From: Scenedesmus sp. PABB004
Lineage: Eukaryota
Assembly (NCBI GenBank): GCA_014905635.1
Contig: JABVCE010000004.1
Location: 1,488,001-1,552,000 of the forward strand
DNA: 64,000 bases
Direction: 5' to 3'
Below, piece after piece: positions 54,854-64,000 of this stretch (positions are counted from its first letter, which is position 1; each line of letters opens with the position of its first letter). Position numbers and translations under genes: made by a program. The notes below the pieces were generated by a model that saw nothing but the letters and a program-made list of their open reading frames with translations, made no database searches and was not told where the DNA came from.

Positions 54854-56433
54854 TCACGCCTGCCGCGTCACGACGAGCCGCTGGCTGCCGCTCCAGACCG
54901 CGCCCGGCGCGAGCGTGACGGGGCCGGACCCCGCGACGGCGGGCTCGATGCACAGCATGCGCTGCGCGCGGCGGCGGCGCGGCGCGGCGCGGCGGGCGGG
55001 CGGCGTGAGCACGGCCCGCGCCGCCGTGCGCAGCGCTGTGCGCGTGGGGGGGCGAGGGGGGGGGGCGCAGGCCCCACGCGCCGCGCCTTGTACTCGTCGT
55101 CGCCAAAGTCTGCCATCGCTGCGGCCTTGTCGACCCAGGGGTTCCACACCACGGCGTCGGGGAACGCGGTCTTGTGCACCTCCACCACCGCGCCGCTGCC
55201 CCGGTCCACGACCTGCACGCGGCGCGGGGGGGTCGGCCGGCCGCACGGCCCCCGCCGCCGCCGCGGCCGCCGCGAATGCGCACGCGGCGCGGCGCGCGCA
55301 CCCGCATGGCGCCGTCCGGCGCGGCGAGGTAGATGCGGTCCACCTCGCGGTCAAAGCCCACGGGGCCGGCCTGCGTGTGCCGCGCGCCGCCCGCGAGGCT
55401 GTCGGTGAAGGCCACGCCGTCGAGGCCCTCCACGACCACGGACGTGATGTCGGGCACGGCAAAGTAGGTGTGCAGCGCGGCGGTGAACGCCATGGCCGCG
55501 CCGCCTGGCGGCGCGGGGAGGCAGGCGCCGCGCGGCAGCGCCGCGGCGGCGGCGGGGCGCGGGCGGCAGGGCGGAGCGTGGGCGCCCCGCCGCTGCGCCG
55601 CTGCGCCGACGGCGTGCAGCGCGCGCACCCGTGTTCGTGACGGACAGCTCCTGCGTAAGGCTGCCGTCGCCGAGCTCCACGCGCACGCTCAGCTCAAAGG
55701 GGTGGGGGTACTTGGGGTCCTCAGAGCCGCTGGCCTTGAGCACCTGGCGGGGCGCGCGAGCATGCATGCCGGCCGGCCGTTGGTCGGGCGTGGGGGAGGG
55801 CTGGGCGGCGCACGGCGCCGGGCGGCGCGGGCGCGCGGCGCGCACCAGCGTGGCGGCGGCGCCCGACTCGGCGGCGAGCTCGAACCGGGAGTTGCGCGCA
55901 AAGCCGTGCTGCCCCAGCGGGCCCAGCTGGCCAAACTGGGGGAAGCACACCGGCACGCCGCCCCTGCGGCGCGCGGGCGCGCGCGCGCGCTCGCTTGCGA
56001 GTGCGGCGTCGCGCGGCCGCCGAGCCCGCGCCGCCGCCCGCCGCGCCTGATGGCCTTGGGGGGCTTGAATATGGCTCGGCTGCTGGTGAACAGAATGTCC
56101 TGCAGCGGCGCGGTCGGGCCCGGGGGTGTGCCGGGGCCGCCAGCCAGCTCGCGCGGCAGCGCCGAAGCGCTCGCCGCCCCCTGGCCAGGCCGCACCTTGC
56201 CGCTGGGGTCCTTCCAGGACGTCACGTGCGCGCCGTGGAGGTAGATCTCCGCGCTGGCGCCCTGCGGCGGCGCGTCGAGCGGCGGCGCCGGGCGAGCGGT
56301 CGCCGCCGCGACCGCTGCTGCCCGCGCCGCGAGCACGCGCACCGCCGCACGGCGCGCGGCGGCCACGTCGCACCTGCGGGGTGCGCAGCACCACCTTGTC
56401 CATGCCATTGCCGGCGTCCACTTCCACGGGCAT
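54854..56433 (-). CDS. Glucose-6-phosphate 1-epimerase (aldose 1-epimerase family; 8 exons)
   Basis: HGAHVTSW, KAIR/GGVPVCFPQFG, QHGFARN, ALHTYF, EVDRIY, VVWNPW, MLCIEP. Confidence 0.95.
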
Positions 56434-56806
56434 CGCGGCGGCGCGGCAGCAACTGCTTGACGGCGTCGGGCGGGGCGGCGCCGCAGGCGGGCGATCGTGC
56501 GCGGCAGGGGGCGCGGTACGCAGGGCGCGGGACTGGGTGCGGCGTGGTCACGGCAGCGGATGCGCGCGGTGCCTCAGTCGATTGATCCGTTACCAGCGCG
56601 CTGCGGCACCGCTGTGCCGCGTCGTACTACACACTGGCGCCCCGGGCGCTGCCCGCACGCTGCTGCAGGGAGCCCGCCCGGCCCGCTCGCCCGATCACCC
56701 GCCCGCCCGCTCGCCCGCCCTCCGCCCGAGAGTGGCGCAAAGCGCGGCCCGCGCGCTGCGGCTGCAGCGGCGGGCCCGCGCGCACGCGGCAGGCGCCGCC
56801 GCGCGC

Positions 56807-57983
56807 TCAGCTGTCCTTGAGCAGCGCCGCGGGGTTGGCGATGTTGCGCTCCATGGTGTGCTGCAAGTGCTGCAGCACCTTCTTGTGCTGCCCCGCCAGC
56901 TCCTGGTACCTGCACGCCGCGCACGGCGCACGCGCGAGGCGCACGCGCGAGGCGGTGAGCGGCGCCGCCGCGGTGGCGCGCGTCCCGCGCGCCGCGTTGC
57001 CACCGCCGCCGCACCGCTGCGGCAGGCTCTCCAGGTACGCGGTCTCCTCGGCCTTGAGCTCCCGCAGCTTGCGCGCCGGGTTGCCGGCCCACAGCTCGCC
57101 CGTCGGCACCGTCGCGCCCGCCGGCAGCACCGAGCCAGCCGCGAGCATCGCGCCGCTCTCGACCTGCGGCGCAGCGGCAGCGGCAGCGGCGCGCGTCGGG
57201 ACCAGGGCGGCGCGGAGCGCGCGCCCGCCGCCGCCCCGGCGCGCCGCGCGGTGCGGCGCAGCGGCGTGCGCCGCACCGTGCAGCCGTCCTGCACCACCGC
57301 GTTCATGCCGATGAGGCACTTGTCGCCGACGGTGCAGCCCTGCAGCACGGCGCCGTGCCCGACCGACACAAAGCTGCCGACCCACGTGCTGCTGCTGCCC
57401 GGGCTCAGCGAGCCGACCGCCGCGCCGTCCTGCAGGTTGGTGCCGTGCCCGATCTCCACGGCGTGGTTATCACCTGCGCGCGGGCGCGCGGCGTTGGAGC
57501 CAGGCCCCGCAGCCGCCGCCGCTGCCGCCGCCGCTGCCGCCGCCGCTGCCGCCGCCACTGCCGCCGCTGCTGCGCGCCGCCGCGCGCCCCGATCTGGCGA
57601 TCGCCGCGCCGCGCCGCACCGCGCACGGAGCAGTTGTACCAGATGGAGGTGTTGTCGCCCACGCGCACGTCGCCGGAGACCTGCGCGGACGGCGCTATCC
57701 AGGTGGTGGCAGCCACCTGGGGCACCTTGTGCCCCGCGTTCACCACGGGGTGCAGCCGCGTCACTGCGGCGGTGGGGGCACGGCCGGGGCGGTAGGGCGT
57801 CGCGGGCCGGCCGGGCGGCGCGCGGCGGGGCGCCCTGGGCCGCGGGCGGGCCGTCGCCCGGGCGCGATGGCACTCACGCTCCTCGGCGTGGCTGTTCACG
57901 CCCTGCCACACGCAGCCCAGGCGCTCCAGCGCCTGGCCCGCCTCCCGCAGCGCAAAGCCGGCCCGGTTGCGCAGCGTGTTCAT
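56807..57983 (-). CDS. Gamma carbonic anhydrase family protein, mitochondrial complex I-associated type (5 exons)
   Basis: [16 protein letters not shown]-terminal helix, [33 protein letters not shown], hexapeptide repeats, WAGNPA. Confidence 0.92.
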
Positions 57984-58272
57984 CGCGCCGAGCGCTGCAG
58001 GCCCGCCCAACTCGCGCACGAGCGATCACCGCGCTCTCGCCCCACGCGCGCGCGCCGGGTGACGGGTGGGCGTCGCAGGCGAGGGCGTGGGCGAACGAGC
58101 AGAGGGCGCAGGCACCGGGCTGGCACTCGAGGGCACAGCAGCAGCAGGGCCCGGAGACAGGGCCCCCGATTTGGCGCGCCGCCCCGCCTCAGCGGCGCAC
58201 CTTGCTCCCCTCTGCTCAACGCGCTCCGCCCGAGCGCCTCCCTCGCAGCCAGTCGCGCGCAGCAGGCACAAC

Positions 58273-60446
58273 ATGCAGGCGCTCAAGGTCGGCGGCGCGC
58301 GCCGCGCTCGTTCCGGGCCGCGCGGCCGCCGTGGCGCCGCTCACGCCCCGCCCCCGCCGGACGCACCCGCAGGCGCAGCCCGCGATGCGCGCCGGCGCCG
58401 CGCAGGCGCCCCTGGCGCGCGGCCTGGCCGCACGCCGCGTCGTGCGCGCCGCCCCGACGGTGCGGGGGCGCGCGCCGGGGGCACGCCGGCGGTGAGCGCC
58501 GCGCGCGCGCTCACGCGTGCCGGCGCCGCGAATGTGGGCCGCCGCCGCCCGCAGCGCGCCGCGGCGGTCGACGCGGCGGTCGACTGGGCCGCCAAGGCCA
58601 AGGAGCTCGACCCCAAGTCGCCCCTGGAGATCATGGACAGCGTGAGCGCCCCCGCAGCGCCGCGGCGCGGGCGCGGGCGGCGGCGCTCCGAGCGGCAGCG
58701 GCGCGCTCCCGGCGCACACGCCCGCGCGGCCCGCGCCGCGCGCCGTGCTCGCAGGCGCTGGCCCACTTTGGCAGCGACATCGGCATCGCCTTCTCCGGCG
58801 CGGAGGACGTGGCGCTCATCGAGTACGCGCACCTCACGGGCCGCCCCTACCGCGTGTTCAGGTGCGCGCCGCCACGCGCCACCCCACGCCGCCGCCGCGC
58901 GCGCAGCAGCGCGGCCCGCGCGCCCCGCGCGCCCAGCCACAGCGCCCGCGCGCCCCCGCCCGCGCCTCGGCAGCCTCGACACGGGCCGCCTCAACCCCGA
59001 GACGTACCAGCTGTTTGAGGCGGTCGAGAAGCACTATGGCATCCGCATCGAGTACACCTTCCCCGACGCGGCCGAGTGCATGGAGCTCGTGCGGGCCAAG
59101 GGCATGTTTTCCTTCTACGAGGACGGCCACCAGGAGTGCTGCCGCGTGCGCAAGGTGCGGCCGCGCGGCGGCGCAGGCGCGCGCGGCGCAGAGGCGCGGC
59201 GCGCGGGCGCGGCGCGCGGCGCGGCGGGGCGCCGACGGCGCGCGCCGCGCCGCGCCGCGCCGCGCGCCCCGCAGGTGCGCCCGCTGCGCCGGCAGCTGGG
59301 CACGCTCAAGGCGTGGATCACGGGCCAGCGCAAGGACCAGTCGCCCGGCACGCGCATGGCGGTGCCCGTGGTGGAGGTGGACCCCGTCTTTGAGGGCGCC
59401 GCCGGTGCGCGCGCCGCCGCGCCGCGCCGCGCCGCCGCCGCCGCCCGCGCGCCGCGCCGCACACGCCCAGCGCGCGTGCCGCGCCCCCCACGCCGCGCCA
59501 CGCCGCGCCCCGCGCCGCGCCAGGCGGCCCCGGCAGCCTGATCAAGTACAACCCGCTGAGCAACCTGAGCAGCGGTGAGGTCTGGAACTTCCTGCGCGTC
59601 ATGGGCGTGCCGACCAACAAGCTCCACGCGTGCGGCTACATCTCCATCGGCTGCGAGCCCTGCACGCGCCCCGTGCTGCCCAACCAGCACGAGCGCGAGG
59701 GCCGCTGGTGGTGGGAGGACGCGACCGGTGAGTGGGGGCCGCCGACGCGGCGGTGGCAGCGCGGCGGCAGGCTGCGCAGGGGCGGGGGCGGCCGCCGACA
59801 CCCCCGCCGCGCGCGGCTGCCTTGCGCGACCGACGCGACTGCCGCCGCCGCCGCCGCCGCCGCCGGCGCGCAGCCAAGGAGTGCGGCCTGCACAGCGGCA
59901 ACGTCAAGAAGGACGGCGACGCCAACGGCGGCGCGCGCACGGCGGAGCGCGACCTCTGGGCCGACGGCAGCGCGGTCGTGGCGCTGGACAAGGCGGCCGC
60001 GGAGAAGCTCGCGGCGGGGCCGCGCGACAAGGACACGCTGCTCGTGCTCTACGCCCCCTGGTGCCCCTTCTGCCAGGTGCGCCCGCGGCGCACGCGCCCG
60101 CGGCGCCCGGCGCCCGTGGCGCGGCGCGGCGCCGGCCCCGCGCGCCGCCGCGGCGCCCGCGCGCGGCGCCCGCACGGCGCTGACGCGCGGCGCCGCCGCG
60201 CGCGCGCAGGCCATGGAGCCGGCCTTTGAGGCGCTCGCGGCGCAGCTCGCGGGCGGGCACGTGTCGGTGGCCAAGTACCAGGCCGACGTCGACAAGGACT
60301 GGGCCAAGGCCAACCTGGGGCTGACCACGTTCCCCACCATCGTCATGCTGCCCAAGGCCAAGGCCGGGTTTGTCAAGTACCCGAGCGAGCGCCGCGACGT
60401 CGAGAGCCTCGCGATGTGGGTCAAGACCCTCGCTGGCACTGCGTGA
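58273..60446 (+). CDS. APR: 5'-adenylylsulfate (APS) reductase, plastid, with C-terminal thioredoxin-like domain (9 exons)
   Basis: [70 protein letters not shown]. Confidence 0.97.
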
Positions 60447-60775
60447 GGCGGCCCGCCGGGGCGCGTGTGCGGGCCCGCCCGCCGGCGGCCGCGCGGCGCG
60501 GCGCGGCGGCGCCCAGCGCCCGGCGCTGCGCGCAGCAACAGCTGCGCGCGGCGCGGGCGGCCGCGGCGGCATTAGCATTGTGTGGCGGCTAGCGACCGGC
60601 GCAGAGTGGGCGGCGGCGGCGCGTGGGCGGCGGCGCGTGGGCGGCTCGTGCCGGCGTGTCCTTGGGTCACACGTCAAGACGTCAAGAACTGAACTTGTGC
60701 GTGAGGCTCGCGCCCGTTCCGCGCCAGATCCGAGCCCGTTCCGAGCCAGCCCAACACAGGCCCAGCCAGAGCGCG

Positions 60776-63700
60776 TCAGAAGCGGCCGCGCCCGCGCCGC
60801 CCGCCGCCGCGGCCGCCGCGGCCCATCATGCCGCCGCCGCCGGGCATGCCGCCGCCGGGCATGCCGCCGCCCATGGCACCGCCGGGCATGCCGCCGGGCA
60901 TGCCGCCGCCGGGCATGCCGCCGCCCATGCCGCCGCCGGGCATGCCGCCCCCCATCATGCCGCCGGGCATGCCGCCGCCGCCCATCATGCCGCCGCCCAT
61001 CATGCCGGCCTGCATCATCATCATCATCTGCTGCTGCTGCAGCAGCGTCGGCGTCATCATGCCCGGCGCCATCATGCCGCCGCCGATCATGCCGCCGCCG
61101 GGGGCCATCATCATGCCGCCGCCGCCGCCGGCCATCATGCCGCCGCCGGGCATGCCGCCGCCCATGCCGCCGCCGCCGGGCATGCCGCCGCCGGGCACCA
61201 TGCCGCCGCCGCCGCGCCGCCGCCGACGGGCATGCCGCCGCGGCCCGGCGCGCCTGCCGCGCCGCCGCGGCCGCGGCCGCGGCCTCCGCCTGGCCCGGCT
61301 GGCCCGGGCCCCGCGCCGGGCCCCGGCGCGGCGCCGGTCATCTGCTGCAGCTTCTCAAAGTACTTGCCCCGAATCTGCTCGTCGCTGTGCGGGCAGGGCT
61401 GGCCCCGCGCCTGCCAGCGGGCCTTGATGCGCGCGGTGTACCTGCGGCGCGACCGCGGGGCGCGCGGCGTCAGCGGCGCGCGGCGGCGAACGCGCGGCAG
61501 CCCGGCCGCTTGCGCCCCCCGGCGCCGCTGCTGTCCTGGCGCTGGCAGCTGGCAGCTGGCAGCTGGCAGCTGGCAGCTGGCAGCTGGCAGCTGGCAGCTG
61601 GCGCGGGCGCCCCACCTGCGGGCAGACCCCGCAGATCCGCACCCAGGACTGGGGGAGGGGCGGTGGCACCACATGCGCGCACAAACAGAACCCTCAGCAG
61701 CACACAGCAAAAAAACGCAAACCCTAAACCAGAATAAACACACGGGGGCGTGAGTGGGGCGGCGCAGGGCGGGGCGGGGCGGGGCGGGGCGGGGCGGGGC
61801 GGGGCGGGGCGGGGCGGGGCGGGGCGGGCGGGGCGGGGCGGGGCGGGGCGGGGCGGGGCGGGGCGGGGCGGGGTGGGGCGGCACGGTGCGCGGTGCGGTG
61901 CGGCCGGTCAGCCATGCTGAGCCACAGCCAGCCAGCACGCGTGCCGTGCTTGGAGCGCGCAGGTGGTTGCGCACCATCCACGGGTGGTGGCGCATGCGCA
62001 CCACCACCACCGCTCAGCACCGCACAGCACAGATGCAGTGCAATGGGCGGCCGCCACACACAGTCGCGCGCGCTTCTCGCCTCGCGGCGCGGCGGACGCG
62101 CCGCGCGCAGTGCCGCCGCAGCAGCCCCTGCGGGCCCGCGCAGGCAGCCAGGACGCGCGCTGGCGCAGGCGCGCAGACGGCACACACAGGCGTGAGCGCG
62201 GCGCAGCGATCAAGTGAGCAAGTGAGCAAGTGGAGAGGCACGGTCCCTCGTCCCCCGTCCCTCCTGCGCCGAGCAAGCCAAGCCATCCCTGCAGTGCCCA
62301 GACCCCCCCTTCTGCACCCTTGAAGTGAAGGCAGCCAGTGTCTCGTCCCGGCCCCCCACCGTCCCCCTTGGCTTGTGCTCGACCTCCCTCGCCTCGCACC
62401 CAAGCTCGAATCAGGCCGCCTGCAGCACGCCCACCCAGCCCCCGGTGCGCCGCCGCCCTGCGATTGTGGAGACCCCTGACCGGTTGAGTCCCTCCCCCCT
62501 GCCTCAGCGAAGACTCCCACACAGCAGCCAGCAGTCTGACTCGCGCCGCCCCGGCCCGCCCCCACAGCGCAGTCCCTGGGCGCCGCACCCGCCTGCGGCC
62601 GCGCCTGCCGCTGCGACTGCACCGCACCCAGATCCGGCCCCGCTGCCACCTAGTTGGCCCGGCCCGCTGGCTGGCTGCACCCCCACGCCCTGGCGCGGCC
62701 GCCGCCCAGCCGCAGCACGCGCCAACAGCACACCAAGACCAGGCACGCGCGCACGGCTCCAAGGGAGCGCACAGCGCGCAGCGCGTCGCGGCGCGCAAGC
62801 TGCCGCGGCGCGCGCGGGCGTGCACGCGGCGTGCACAGAACGGCCGAGCCGGCGGCCCCGAGCTCGTGCAGAAAGGGCGGGCGGCAGGCTACGCGCTGGC
62901 GGCGCGCGCGGGGCAACAGCAGCGACAGCACGCCCACGGCACGCCACCACCCCACCGCCGCGGCCGCACTCACTCTTCAAGCGTGGGGATGCTGACCGGC
63001 GCCACGCCGCCCGCCATGCCGTTGCCAGCGCCGCCGGGGCCGCCCTGCACCCGGGGCACGCCCGCGCCGTTGGCCGCGCCGGCGCCGCCGCGCTGCGGCT
63101 GCTGCTGCTGCGCCGCCGCCGCCGGCGGCGGCCGCCGCTGCTGCTGCGGCTGGCCCGCCGGCGCGGCGGCGCCGGCCGCCGCCGCCCGTGCCCTGCGGCG
63201 CCGGCGCGGCGCCGCCGGCGTCGTTGGCGACGTAGGCGCCGACCGTCTTGAGGCGCTGCTGCACCTTGTCATACGCGGCGAGGTACATCTCATATGTGAG
63301 CTCGTCCGCGCTCGCCTCCTCCTGGCCGCCGCTGTCGGCGCGCGCGCTCGCCTCGCGCTCCGCGCGGCTGCCGCCGCCGCCGCCGGCGCCGCGGCTGCTG
63401 CGCGCGGGGCTGTGGCTGCGGCTGCGGCTGCGCCGGTGGTGGTGCGCGCCGTCGCCGCTGCGGCTGTGCGGGGGCGGGCTGCTGCCGCGGCCGTGCGGCT
63501 GCTGCTGCTGCCCACCCGGCGCGAGGCCCTCCAGGCGGCCCACAAAGCGCGCGAGGCCGTGCTGCGGCGGCCCCCGCCGGCGCGGCCAGGCGGCATGCCC
63601 GGCCGCCCGGGCGGCGGCGGCGGCTGCGCGCCGCCTTGCATGCCGCCGGGCCCGAGGCGGCCGGCCATGCGCTGCTGCTGCATCGCCATCATCTGCTGCT

Positions 63701-64000
63701 GCATCGCCATCGCCGGCTGCGGCTGCAGCGGCATGCCGCCGCCCAGGCGCTGCGCCATGCCCGGCGCCAGCGCCGCCACGCCGCCGCGCGGCATGCCCGC
63801 GCCCGACAGCGGGCCCGTCGCGGGGCGGCCCGCCGCCGCGGCGCGCTGGTTCATCGCCGCCAGCAGCTGCTCGCCCGCGCGCGGCGCAAGCTCCTGGCCG
63901 TCGCGGTGGCGGTTGAGCGGCGCTGGCGGCTCGCCGCGCCGCGCGGCCCAGGGGTTTGTGACGTGGCGCACCACGTCGAACGGGATCGGCACGTCGCACT
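60776..64000 (-). CDS. YTH-domain protein (YTHDC1/CPSF30-L type), 3' part, with Gly/Met/Pro-rich RGG-ending tail; three apparent frameshifts
   Basis: IPFDVVRHVTNPW...NRHRDGQELAPRAGEQL matches the end of a YTH domain; intron GA|GTGAGT (about 62972) to CAG|G (about 61442) joins PTLEE-YTARIK; stop at 60776. Confidence 0.68.
61541..61602. repeat. Heptamer tandem repeat (GCTGGCA) x about 9, intronic
   Basis: Direct reading of the sequence. Confidence 0.95.
61767..61880 (+). repeat. (GGGGC)n pentamer array, about 22 units, intronic, G-quadruplex-prone
   Basis: Direct reading of the sequence; near-perfect array with one GGGC and one GGGGT variant. Confidence 0.95.

Noticed and set aside
113..56046. 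GC-donor introns as an introner (mobile intron) family
   Set aside because: Beyond the first 5-6 nt and generic CCGCG filler they share no evident sequence, length or terminal repeats; an all-versus-all alignment would be the formal test
1513..60446. Stop-codon reassignment (TAR read as Gln or Leu)
   Set aside because: FNR and uL15 end at TAG in the expected places, and I saw no in-frame stops inside conserved exons
60623..61753. His/Ala-rich and Pro/Met-rich plus-strand ORFs
   Set aside because: Reverse-complement frames of the GGGMP repeat tail of the minus-strand YTH gene
1..64000. Prokaryotic operon, transposase, viral insert, tRNA or rRNA genes
   Set aside because: All recognisable genes are eukaryotic and most are spliced; I could not recognise any transposase, integrase, capsid or structured RNA gene by eye

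Overview
Eukaryotic nuclear DNA from an extremely GC-rich green alga (Chlorophyceae, possibly Sphaeropleales; this is inferred from plastid-targeted FNR and APS reductase, gamma-CA, TGTAA poly(A) signals and intron style). By manual exon joining I recover about 22 tightly packed, intron-rich genes. In order: DRC4/GAS8 (partial), FNR, mitochondrial uL15, CCR4 deadenylase, UAA-family nucleotide-sugar transporter, a large ARM-like protein, LRRC9-like LRR protein with an ADP-ribosyltransferase-like domain, SET1/ATXR7-like methyltransferase, CLC channel, Rab28-like GTPase, TFIIS-N domain protein, catalytically degenerate MT-A70 protein (MTA9/AMT6-7-like), MCRS1-like FHA protein, a 127-aa orphan, cytochrome P450, hemerythrin-like protein, beta-adaptin, TrmJ-like methyltransferase, glucose-6-phosphate 1-epimerase, gamma carbonic anhydrase, APS reductase and a YTH-domain protein (partial, with three apparent frameshifts). 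The strongest unusual signal is in the splice sites. About one intron in five (24 of roughly 115, hand count) needs a GC donor, and all 24 read AG|GCGCG, while the GTGAG donors I found never follow exonic AG. Most long ORFs in the supplied track are GC-driven shadow frames. CDS coordinates are gene spans including introns. All family assignments come from motif recognition, not database searches.
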